From: Bacilli bacterium
GTDB lineage: Bacteria > Bacillota_I > Bacilli_A > RFN20 > CAG-826
Assembly: GCA_034176765.1 (NCBI GenBank)
Contig: JAXFTN010000131.1
Span: 942 to 64,941 of the forward strand
Direction of reading: 5' to 3'
Length of the DNA stretch: 64,000 nucleotides
Shown: piece by piece, positions 49,504-58,148 of the stretch
How positions within the stretch are numbered: the first letter of the stretch is position 1
Layout of the letters: each line of letters opens with the position of its first letter
Notes under the pieces: model-generated
What the model was told of the DNA's origin: nothing
Database searches by the model: none
The model's input: the letters and a program-made list of their open reading frames with translations, nothing else
Made by a program: the position numbers and the translations under genes

Positions 49504-50811
49504 ATGAGTTTATTTAGTTCTAGCATAGGTAGACATTTAAACGGCCATAAAGAATTATCAAAACATGCCGAAATAATTGATCTTCGTGCGAAAGCTGGAC
49601 AAAAAGTTTATTTCCCTACTATTTGTTCAAATAATACTCCACTTAATGTTTTAGTTAAACCTGGAGATAAAGTTAAAGCTGGACAAAAAATAGCAGAAAG
49701 AACTGATTTTTATGTTCCAATTTATGCATCTGTATCTGGCACTGTTTTAGATGAAGAAGTCCTATTTAGTACAAATGTCAATAAACCTATCAAACACATC
49801 GTTATTGAAAGCGATGGTACTCACAAACAAAATAGGAAACTAAAAACTGTTACTTTAGAAAGTACTCAAGAAGAAATTTTCAAGGCTATTAAAGAAGCAG
49901 GTTTAGTTGGTCTAGGGGGTGCTGGGTTCCCTACTTATGTAAAATATAATAACCCACAAAATATCCACACATTACTTGTTAACGGAGTAGAATGTGAACC
50001 ATTCTTAACAACTGACTATGTTCAAATGTCAAGAGAAGTTGAATATTTAATGAGTGGTTGTGAATTATTAATGAAAGCAAGTGGAGCTGAAAAAGCTATC
50101 ATTGCTATTAAAGTTCATAAAGAAGATGTTAAAAATGCGGTTAATAGTAAATTAGCAGAACATCCTAATATTAAATTAGTTGAAGTTCCTGATAAATACC
50201 CAATGGGTTGGGAAAGAACTTTAATTAGACAAATATTTAAGAAGACTTATAACAAATTACCTTCTGAAGTTGGTATTGTTATAAATAACGGTCAAACAGT
50301 TATAGAACTTGCAAAAGTATTATTAGAAGGTCATCCTATGACTGAAAGAATGGTAACTGTTTCAGGTGACGCAATTAAAGAACCACATAATGTTTTAATT
50401 AATATTGGTACTCAAGCTAAAGAATTAATTGAAGCATGTGGTGGTATCACAGAAGAAGACTGTAATTTAATTCCTGGTGGTCCAATGTGTTCAAAGGCTG
50501 TTAATAATGATGTATTCCCATTAAATATGCAAATGGGTGCACTTACTATATTAAAAGTAAGAACATTTGTCGAAGAACCATGCTTAAGATGTGGTGCTTG
50601 TACAGGTCATTGTCCAGCAGGTCTTCAACCAGTTGAAATTAGAAGTGCTTTAAAAGCAAAAGATTACGATAGATTATTAAAACTTGATGTCTTATCTTGT
50701 GTCGAATGTGGTATGTGTTCATATACATGTCCTTCTCGTATTGAACTTACAGATGCTGTTAAGAACGCAAAACCAGTTGTCAAATTCAAGATGGCACAAG
50801 CAAAGAAATAA
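49504..50811 (+). CDS. rnfC: Rnf complex subunit C (NADH-binding, 2x[4Fe-4S])
   Basis: GLGGAGFPT NADH-binding loop. Ferredoxin motifs CLRCGACTGHCP and CVECGMCSYTCP are present. Confidence 0.9.
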   Translation: MSLFSSSIGRHLNGHKELSKHAEIIDLRAKAGQKVYFPTICSNNTPLNVLVKPGDKVKAGQKIAERTDFYVPIYASVSGTVLDEEVLFSTNVNKPIKHIVIESDGTHKQNRKLKTVTLESTQEEIFKAIKEAGLVGLGGAGFPTYVKYNNPQNIHTLLVNGVECEPFLTTDYVQMSREVEYLMSGCELLMKASGAEKAIIAIKVHKEDVKNAVNSKLAEHPNIKLVEVPDKYPMGWERTLIRQIFKKTYNKLPSEVGIVINNGQTVIELAKVLLEGHPMTERMVTVSGDAIKEPHNVLINIGTQAKELIEACGGITEEDCNLIPGGPMCSKAVNNDVFPLNMQMGALTILKVRTFVEEPCLRCGACTGHCPAGLQPVEIRSALKAKDYDRLLKLDVLSCVECGMCSYTCPSRIELTDAVKNAKPVVKFKMAQAKK

Positions 50812-50823
50812 GGAGGTAAGAAA

Positions 50824-52434
50824 ATGGCTTTTAAGACAAATTCAGCTCCTTATCAAAGAGCTAAAAAATCAACTCTACAAATTATGATAGAGTTAGCAAT
50901 TGCACTTGCAATTGTTTGGATTGCTGCGATTGTTACAACATTTATTAAATTAGGTTCTCCATATGGTGTTAAATCTATTTTGTTAATGGTTGTATCATTA
51001 GCTACTACAGCAGTTTGTGATGTTTTAACAACATTATTTAGAAATTTTAGAGTTCTAAAAGGTAAAGAACTTGGAAAAAAGATACTTTATGATTTAGTTC
51101 ATAATTATTCTTGGATTACTGCAATGATTCTTACTTTAATTTGCCCTGTCTGGACAAGTTATTATGCAATCATTTGTGGTTCAATCTTTGCTACTTTAGT
51201 TGTTAAAAATTTATTTGGTGGTTTTGGATCAAACATTTTCAACCCAGCTGCTTTTGGTAGAATTTTTATTCAACTATGTTTCTCATTAGCAGTTCCTGCA
51301 GGAATTACTAATGGTGTTGTTTCTGGAGCTACATTAACAGGTGTTGTTAATTCAAGTCAACAATGGCTTGGTGCTTTAGAAATCGATGGCTTTGGAATTA
51401 AAGAAATCTTATTAGGTACTTATTTTGGTACAATGGGTGAAACATTTACTATTCTTCTTTTAGTTTTAGGTGTTGTCCTTGCTATTAGAGGAGATATTAA
51501 CTGGAGAGCTCCTGTATTCTATGTAGGTACTGTCGCTGTTACTTCAATAATAATTGCATTAGTATTAGGATTTGAAAATCCTTTATTATATGTTGTATAT
51601 CATCTAGGTTTAGGTGGATTAATGTTTGGTGCTGTATTTATGATTACAGACCCTGTCACAACTCCTACTGCACCTGTTGGTAATTGCTTTGTTGGAGTAT
51701 TTGCAGCATTAATGACTGTTTTATTAAGAATTGCTACAAATGGTCCTGAAGGTGTTGTTTACTCAATTGCACTTGTTAACTTAATTACTCCAGCTATTGA
51801 TAGAATCTGTGTTGGTAAAACATCTGCTCATAAAGGAGTTAAATATGGTGTAACATTTGGTACTCTAGCAGCTTCTATCTTATTGTGTGTAGGTTGTTCA
51901 TGGGCTTTAAACGGTGGTCGTGAAGTCAATGAAATTAATGGAATTTCACGTAAAGAATATGATGAATTAAAATCATATGTAAATTTTGAATTCATGGATG
52001 AAAAAGGTTATGAATTCATGAAATATGAAAAAACAATTGGCTCATATAGTAGTCTAACTTCTGTTGGCAATTGTTCATCTGCATATAGTATCATTGATGA
52101 AAATAATAATGTAGTTGCTGCTGTTTACTGTGTTCAAGTTAGTGGTATTTCAATTGATAATGGATATAATGTTTCTGAGAAAACTGGTGTTGCTTACGTT
52201 GCTATTTCAACAACAACTGATCAAATTATTGATATGTCACTAGTTAAAGTTCCATATGTTGGAGCATATTTAGATAAAGTTAATGGTGGAGTTAATGATT
52301 TTGATTATGCAAATAATAATATTTTAGATAAAGAACCAAATCAGATTATTACAGGTGCTACTTATTCAGCAATAGGTATTAAAAATCTTGCACAAGCTGC
52401 CGTTGATGTTTATCAAGGCGAATATAAAGCATAG
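50824..52434 (+). CDS. rnfD: Rnf complex subunit D fused to a C-terminal FMN-binding (RnfG/NqrC-like) domain
   Basis: NqrB/RnfD core with FMITDPVTTPTAPVG. A ~170-aa extension contains the flavinylation-type motif IITGATYSAIG. Confidence 0.8.
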   Translation: MAFKTNSAPYQRAKKSTLQIMIELAIALAIVWIAAIVTTFIKLGSPYGVKSILLMVVSLATTAVCDVLTTLFRNFRVLKGKELGKKILYDLVHNYSWITAMILTLICPVWTSYYAIICGSIFATLVVKNLFGGFGSNIFNPAAFGRIFIQLCFSLAVPAGITNGVVSGATLTGVVNSSQQWLGALEIDGFGIKEILLGTYFGTMGETFTILLLVLGVVLAIRGDINWRAPVFYVGTVAVTSIIIALVLGFENPLLYVVYHLGLGGLMFGAVFMITDPVTTPTAPVGNCFVGVFAALMTVLLRIATNGPEGVVYSIALVNLITPAIDRICVGKTSAHKGVKYGVTFGTLAASILLCVGCSWALNGGREVNEINGISRKEYDELKSYVNFEFMDEKGYEFMKYEKTIGSYSSLTSVGNCSSAYSIIDENNNVVAAVYCVQVSGISIDNGYNVSEKTGVAYVAISTTTDQIIDMSLVKVPYVGAYLDKVNGGVNDFDYANNNILDKEPNQIITGATYSAIGIKNLAQAAVDVYQGEYKA

Positions 52435-52446
52435 GAGGTAAGTACG

Positions 52447-53007
52447 ATGAATAAATTAGTTAAATTGCCATTATTCCTAGGCGCAGTCGGATGTATTTGT
52501 GGTGGCGTTCTTGCTGCTGTAAATTTTGTTACAGAACCAGTTATTGCTGCTAATGAAGAAAAGAAAGCAAATGCTGCTTTCTATGAACATTTTTCTAATT
52601 TTAGTAAGAAAAATGTTGTAACAGTAAAAGATGAGCTTGCTTCTGCAGGTATTACTCAAAAATTTTATTGTTTTGATGAATCATTAACATTTATTGGTAC
52701 TGTATATGAATGTTCAGTCGTTGGATATGCTGGTAAAAGTACACCAATCAAATTTACAGTTTCATTTGCTAATGGAGCTCCTAATCACTATGTTGAATTA
52801 AGTAACGGCGAATCTGCTGAAGGCAAAAAATTTATGGATTGGCTTAAAGAAGATGTCAATGGAAATCGTTTATCAAATCTAGAAGAAGGTAAAACAGTTT
52901 CAGGTTCATCTATTTCATATAAAGCAGTTGATGGTGCAGTAAAGGCATGTTCAGCTGACTACCTTGCGGAACTTGAACATGTTCCAACTTTTATAGAAAA
53001 TGAATAG
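52447..53007 (+). CDS. rnfG: Rnf complex subunit G (FMN-binding)
   Basis: N-terminal membrane anchor. FMN_bind-like motif KTVSGSSISYKAVDGAV near the C-terminus. Confidence 0.75.
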   Translation: MNKLVKLPLFLGAVGCICGGVLAAVNFVTEPVIAANEEKKANAAFYEHFSNFSKKNVVTVKDELASAGITQKFYCFDESLTFIGTVYECSVVGYAGKSTPIKFTVSFANGAPNHYVELSNGESAEGKKFMDWLKEDVNGNRLSNLEEGKTVSGSSISYKAVDGAVKACSADYLAELEHVPTFIENE

Positions 53008-53021
53008 GAGGGTAAATAGTT

Positions 53022-53681
53022 ATGAAAAAATTACAAACATTTTTAAATGGTTTATTATTTGAAAATCCTACTCTTGTTATTTTCTTAGGTATGTGCCCTG
53101 CTTTAGGAACAACAAATACTGTTGAAAATGCTACATATATGTCATTATGTGTATTATTTGTTTTACTTCTTTCAAATATTATTATTTCATTGATTAGAAA
53201 AATCGTTCCAAATGAAGTAAGAATTCCTGTTTACATTATTATCATTGCAACTCTTGTTACAATTGTTGATATGTTATTCCATGCATATTTACCAGATAAA
53301 GTTTATTCTTCATTAGGTTCATTTATATCATTGATTGTTGTTAACTGTATTATTTTAGGAAGAGCAGAATCATTTGCTTCTAAAAATAAAATCGGTGATT
53401 CAATTATCGATGCATTAGGTTACAGTGCTGGTTTTGCTGGAGCTATTATTATTGTAGCTTTCTTCAGAGAATTATTAGGCACAGGATGTTTATCATGGGG
53501 TAGCAGTTCTGTTGATCTATTCTCTGATTATAAAATTTCTTTATTTGCATCTAATGCTGGGGCATTTATTGCATTGGGTATCGTAGTAGGTATTTATTCA
53601 GCAATTATGAGTGCTATAAAAAATCATAAGGCAAAAAAAGCTGCATTAGCTAAAGAAGCTAATGTTGAAGCTACAAAGTAA
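53022..53681 (+). CDS. rnfE: Rnf complex subunit E
   Basis: ENPTLVIFLGMCPALGTTNTVENA matches the RnfE/NqrD signature. Confidence 0.9.
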   Translation: MKKLQTFLNGLLFENPTLVIFLGMCPALGTTNTVENATYMSLCVLFVLLLSNIIISLIRKIVPNEVRIPVYIIIIATLVTIVDMLFHAYLPDKVYSSLGSFISLIVVNCIILGRAESFASKNKIGDSIIDALGYSAGFAGAIIIVAFFRELLGTGCLSWGSSSVDLFSDYKISLFASNAGAFIALGIVVGIYSAIMSAIKNHKAKKAALAKEANVEATK

Positions 53682-53696
53682 GGAGGAATAAAAGAA

Positions 53697-54275
53697 ATGG
53701 ATTTATTTGCTATCGCATTTGCTGCTTTACTTGGCAGTAATATTATTCTTTCAAGATTTTTAGGTATTTGTCCTTTCTTAGGAGTTTCTAAAAAAACTTC
53801 TAGTGCTGTTGGCATGGGTTTAGCATTAATTGCTGTTGTTACTTTATCAGCTTTATTATGTTTTGCACTTGATAAACTACTTGTTTTATTAGGAATGGCA
53901 TCTTATCTAGAATTAGTTGTTTTCATTCTTGTAATTGCTTCATTCGTTCAATTATTAGAATTTTTCTTAAAGAGATTTGTTCCAAGTTTATATAAATCAC
54001 TAGGTGTTTATCTTCCTTTAATTACAACAAACTGTGTTGTTTTACAAGTATGTTTAGATCTTGTTTCAAGAGAATATAACTTATTACAAACTTTAGTTTA
54101 CGCAGTTAGTGTATCAGCAGGTTATATGCTAATCATTGTTCTTTTCTCTTTAATTAGAACTCGTTTAGATAATCAACCTAATATGCCTAAAGCATTTAAA
54201 GGAAATGCAATTGCCTTAATTACAGCTGGATTAATGGCTATGGCTTTCATTGCATTTAGTGGTTTTAGCTTCTAA
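53697..54275 (+). CDS. rnfA: Rnf complex subunit A
   Basis: ILSRFLGICPFLGVSKK matches the RnfA/NqrE signature. Confidence 0.9.
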   Translation: MDLFAIAFAALLGSNIILSRFLGICPFLGVSKKTSSAVGMGLALIAVVTLSALLCFALDKLLVLLGMASYLELVVFILVIASFVQLLEFFLKRFVPSLYKSLGVYLPLITTNCVVLQVCLDLVSREYNLLQTLVYAVSVSAGYMLIIVLFSLIRTRLDNQPNMPKAFKGNAIALITAGLMAMAFIAFSGFSF

Positions 54276-54493
54276 TGATATTCACTCAAGAAACTGGTAA
54301 TATATGGGTTCAAATAGGTATTTTACTTGTATGTATTGCATTATTTGTAGGTACTTATTTATTGAATAGACATACAAAAAAGCCAGATGGATGTGAAAAT
54401 GTTAGTGAGCATTGTACAGGTTGTACAATCTCTTCCTGTTCTCATCATCCAAATAATTCTAAAGAAGAAAAAGGAGAAGAAAAAAATGATTAA
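54275..54493 (+). CDS. Small single-pass membrane protein with Cys-rich tail (CxnCxxCxxxxCxHH)
   Basis: Translationally coupled between rnfA (ATG overlaps its stop) and rnfB (8-nt overlap). One helix, then CENVSEHCTGCTISSCSHH. Confidence 0.4.
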   Translation: MIFTQETGNIWVQIGILLVCIALFVGTYLLNRHTKKPDGCENVSEHCTGCTISSCSHHPNNSKEEKGEEKND

Positions 54494-54800
54494 AATTTTA
54501 TTAGCTATGGCTGTTTCTTTAGGAATAGCAGCTATATTAGGTTTTGGACTTGCACTTGCTGATAAATTCCTTAAAGTTGAAGAAGATCCACGTATTGAAA
54601 AAGTTACTTCAATGCTACCTGGTGCAAACTGTGGTGGTTGTGGCTTCCCTGGATGTTCTGGTTATGCATGTGCATTAGTTGAAAAGAAAGTTGATTCTTT
54701 AGCAGCTTGTAAAGTATCAAAACCAGAAGCAAAAGAACAAATTAAAGCTTATTTAAAAGAGACACCAGGACCTGATGGAACTACTCTTGATTTAAAATAA
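54486..54800 (+). CDS. rnfB: Truncated RnfB: N-terminal membrane anchor and Cys-cluster module only, no polyferredoxin domains
   Basis: RBS AAAGGAGAAG is present. LPGANCGGCGFPGCSGYACAL matches the RnfB N-terminal Fe-S module. The ORF stops after 104 aa with no CxxCxxCxxxCP ferredoxin motifs. An immediate terminator follows. Confidence 0.65.
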   Translation: MIKILLAMAVSLGIAAILGFGLALADKFLKVEEDPRIEKVTSMLPGANCGGCGFPGCSGYACALVEKKVDSLAACKVSKPEAKEQIKAYLKETPGPDGTTLDLK

Positions 54801-54803
54801 ATT

Positions 54804-54828
54804 AAATGGCCGAAAGGCCATTTTTTTA
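54804..54828 (+). terminator. Rho-independent terminator after rnfB
   Basis: Hairpin AAATGGCCGAAAGGCCATTT followed by a T-run. Confidence 0.75.
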
Positions 54829-54938
54829 TTGAGTTTATGGTTAAAAACAATAATAATATTTCGATAAAAATATATTGATTTAAATATATGTATTTGTTAA
54901 AATATATGTGTCTTAAAAATGGAGGTAGACAGAAAATT

Positions 54939-55901
54939 ATGAAAAAATCAAAATTATTATTAATTCCTGCTGTTCTTGCTCTTGGATCATTAGCATCATG
55001 TGGCGGAACAAAAGAAGTTTCTCTTGGATTAGGCTATGTAGCTTCATTTGCTGATTCACATGGAAAAATGCAATTAGAAGTTAGTGTAGCTTCAGTTGGT
55101 TTTGATAAAGATGGTAAAGTTCTTGATGCAAGATTTGACACAATTCAAGTCACACATGCTGCTGCTAAAAACGCTGATGGATCAATTACTTTCAGCACAC
55201 CATCTGCAACAAACGATAATGGCGTTAAATCTAAACTAGAATTAGGTAAAGATTACAACATGAAACCTGTTAGTGCTTTAGGTCTTGAAGTCGATACTCA
55301 AATTGAAACTTTTGCTGATTTCTGTGTTGGTAAAACAGTAGAAGAAATTAAAGCAGCTGAATCTGTTGAAGGTGTTTCAATTGTTGTTTCAAGTTATGTT
55401 AGCGCATTAGAAAAAGCATATGCTTCAAAAAGAGAAGCTGTTTCTTACAAAGGCGAATTAAAAGCTGGCGTTGGTATGGCTGGTACACTTAATGCAAAGA
55501 AAAATGAAACTTCAATTACAGTTAATGCTTCATTAGTAGCTGATTCTAAAGTTGTTGCATCTTATACAGACTGTGTTGTTCACCAATTCAGCGGTGCTGT
55601 TGAAGGTGACAAAGTGGTTGTTTCATCTAAAGCAGACCAAAAATATGTTGTAAATGGAAAAATCACATCTAAATATGATTTACACGAAGCTTATGGTATG
55701 GGCCAAACTGGTGAAAAAGTTATCTTAGAATGGGACGTTCAAGCAGAAAACTTTGATGCTGCAGTTATTGGTAAAACAGCAGATGAAATTAAAGCATTAA
55801 AAGATATCGAAGGTTGTACAATGGTAATTACAGATATGATTGGTGCTACTGTTGAAGCTGTTACATACTCAGGTATGGAACACGTTGGTCCACAAGCTTA
55901 A
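54939..55901 (+). CDS. Surface lipoprotein with two internal repeats; candidate flavinylated (FMN-binding-like) ApbE substrate
   Basis: RBS GGAGG is present. Lipobox LASCGG. The two halves are related (VEEIKAAESVEGVSIVVSS versus ADEIKALKDIEGCTMVITDMIGATVEAV). The second half carries a D-x-x-x-G-A-T motif. Confidence 0.45.
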   Translation: MKKSKLLLIPAVLALGSLASCGGTKEVSLGLGYVASFADSHGKMQLEVSVASVGFDKDGKVLDARFDTIQVTHAAAKNADGSITFSTPSATNDNGVKSKLELGKDYNMKPVSALGLEVDTQIETFADFCVGKTVEEIKAAESVEGVSIVVSSYVSALEKAYASKREAVSYKGELKAGVGMAGTLNAKKNETSITVNASLVADSKVVASYTDCVVHQFSGAVEGDKVVVSSKADQKYVVNGKITSKYDLHEAYGMGQTGEKVILEWDVQAENFDAAVIGKTADEIKALKDIEGCTMVITDMIGATVEAVTYSGMEHVGPQA

Positions 55902-55919
55902 TAATTTAAATTAGCTTTT

Positions 55920-55949
55920 AAAGTTGCTACATATGTAGCAACTTTTTTT
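55920..55949 (+). terminator. Rho-independent terminator
   Basis: Hairpin AAGTTGCTACATATGTAGCAACTT followed by a T6 run. Confidence 0.7.
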
Positions 55950-55995
55950 GTTTATTTTAAATAATGAATAGGGTAATATATAGATGGGTGAAATT

Positions 55996-57174
55996 ATGAA
56001 AAAGGCGTCAGTTTATTTATTACTAATTTGTTTATTATCATCATGCAGTTTGAAATATAATTATGAAGTTAATCCATATGATGTTATGGGTGTTATTGAT
56101 GATAATGGTGAATATATACCAGCTTTGAATTCATTTGTAAAATTGCAGATGTATAATGAAAATGAATTAAAAGAAGTAAGATCTTCTTTTTCGAGTACAA
56201 TTCAAAAAGTACATATTATTTCAGATAGTTATCATTCTTATTTTGGAAATAATAATGTAAAAACAATTAATGAAAACTATGGTAAAGAAGCTATAAATGT
56301 TGACCCTTTACTTATTGATTTAGTTAATAAAGGTATTGAATTAACAAAATTAACAAAAGGCATTTTTAATATTACTATGGGACAGACTATTTCTTTATGG
56401 AGTGATGCTTTTAATAATATCGATAATTCGTTAACAGCTGATGATCCTAATCATGAAGAAATAGAAAAAAGTTTAACTTCTATTATAAATTATGAAGAGA
56501 TTGATAATTATATTAAAATAGACCAAGAAAATTCAACTATTAAAATAGAAACTAAAGAAGATGCCTTAATGCCTGTTTTATTAAATTTTGGAGGCATTTC
56601 AAAAGGATTTGCTTTAGATCAAGTAAATGATTTGTTTTTAAATAATCAACCAGGAATAATTTCGGCTGGTTCTTCTTCAATATCATTAAAAGGTACGTTT
56701 CCTTTAAGTAATCGGAAATATTATTTAATTAATATTCGAGAACCTTCTTTTTATAAGTCTTCTCAACAAGAAGTGTTTTTACAAATAGCTCTAGAAAAAT
56801 ACAATAACATTTCAAATTCGGGTGATTATGAAAAGTTTTTCTTTACCAAAGATACAAATACTTTAAGATCTCATATTATAAATGCTTCGACTGGATTTAG
56901 TGATAATTATCATCGTTCTGCGATTGTGTTTAGTGAAACATATTCATATGTATTAGACGTTTTATCAACAACACTTATGAACCTTGAAACTATAGACGAA
57001 ATTGAAGAAATGGTAAAAAGATTTGAAGATTTTTATAAGACTTCAATTGCATATTGTATTATTGATGATTTTGAAAATGGATTTAAATTATCTGTTAATG
57101 AAAAGTTTAATGAATGTATTGTTGAAAATAAAATATCCTCGATAATCAAGGATATTCAAGTAATTAAGAATTAA
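55996..57174 (+). CDS. apbE: FAD:protein FMN transferase (ApbE family), lipoprotein, copy 1
   Basis: Lipobox LLSSCS. ApbE motifs are present: FGGISKGFALDQV, ISAGSSS, SHIINASTG and LDVLSTT. Confidence 0.7.
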   Translation: MKKASVYLLLICLLSSCSLKYNYEVNPYDVMGVIDDNGEYIPALNSFVKLQMYNENELKEVRSSFSSTIQKVHIISDSYHSYFGNNNVKTINENYGKEAINVDPLLIDLVNKGIELTKLTKGIFNITMGQTISLWSDAFNNIDNSLTADDPNHEEIEKSLTSIINYEEIDNYIKIDQENSTIKIETKEDALMPVLLNFGGISKGFALDQVNDLFLNNQPGIISAGSSSISLKGTFPLSNRKYYLINIREPSFYKSSQQEVFLQIALEKYNNISNSGDYEKFFFTKDTNTLRSHIINASTGFSDNYHRSAIVFSETYSYVLDVLSTTLMNLETIDEIEEMVKRFEDFYKTSIAYCIIDDFENGFKLSVNEKFNECIVENKISSIIKDIQVIKN

Positions 57175-57703
57175 ATAAGTGTTCAATGTGATGGTCAACT
57201 TTTAATAAAACAAGAGAAGTTAATAAAGCAGTAAGTAGACCTGTTATAATTCCTGAAATCATTAAAATAGGATAATACATAACTAGACCAAAAGTATTAT
57301 ATATAATTGATACAGCAATCATTTGACCAACACCATGGAAAACAGCACTTACACATGAAAGTCCATAAATTGAAAATTTCTTTAGGTAATATAATATAAC
57401 AACGATTAATGTTGATAAAAACCACCCACTAAGACTTAAAATGAAAGCTACAGAAAATAGACCTGTTCTTAAAAGACCAACAATTAAAACTCTTAAGAAG
57501 CCAATAGAAATATATTCTTTTGGTGAATAATAATATAATATAACTAATCCAATTGTATTTGCTAATCCTAGTTTTACGCCAGGAATAGCTATTGGAAGAG
57601 GTATCATTGATTCAACTAGATTTAAGATAATTCCTAATGCTAGGAATAAACTTAATCTAGTTATTTTTTTGATTGTTTTACTAGATTTAGAAGTGTTTTC
57701 CAT
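57164..57703 (-). CDS. Gx-transporter-family membrane protein (heptaprenyl-diphosphate-synthase-component-I-like)
   Basis: IPLPIAIPGVKLGLANTIGLV matches the family's PGxKLGLAN signature. About 5-6 helices. Its start overlaps the upstream NusG-II gene's stop. Confidence 0.55.
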   Translation of the reverse strand: MENTSKSSKTIKKITRLSLFLALGIILNLVESMIPLPIAIPGVKLGLANTIGLVILYYYSPKEYISIGFLRVLIVGLLRTGLFSVAFILSLSGWFLSTLIVVILYYLKKFSIYGLSCVSAVFHGVGQMIAVSIIYNTFGLVMYYPILMISGIITGLLTALLTSLVLLKVDHHIEHLFNS

Positions 57704-58148
57704 AATTTATTACACCTCCATATCCAAGTGTTTCATTACCTTCGCTATCATCTGTTGAATTGATTACTACACGTACATCGTTTGGAATACATACAATTGG
57801 TAAATTAGCGATATTAACCCATCCTTGTTTTTCACATGTTAAGTTAGGACAAGTAACATCGTGAACACGTATTCCTTTATCTTTATTAATATCAATATAA
57901 AAATCTCCAAGTAAATCAGGATATTTTTCTTTAGTTAAAACAATTGTATAAGTTTCATCAAGGTTATCAATATCAGTTCGATATTCTTTTAATTCTTCAC
58001 TTTTATAATAAATACAAACATATCTATTGCCAGAAAAGGCGCTATTATAAATAAAAATACCCACCATTAAAGAAATTGATGCTAGTGCACTAACAGCAAT
58101 TATGATAATATCAATAATTTTGAACTTTAATGAAAAATTTCTATTCAT
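57687..58148 (-). CDS. NusG-domain-II-containing small membrane-anchored protein
   Basis: N-terminal helix plus a ~110-aa beta-rich domain. Conserved partner of Gx-transporter/ApbE genes. ATG overlaps the upstream apbE stop. Confidence 0.45.
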   Translation of the reverse strand: MNRNFSLKFKIIDIIIIAVSALASISLMVGIFIYNSAFSGNRYVCIYYKSEELKEYRTDIDNLDETYTIVLTKEKYPDLLGDFYIDINKDKGIRVHDVTCPNLTCEKQGWVNIANLPIVCIPNDVRVVINSTDDSEGNETLGYGGVINYGKHF

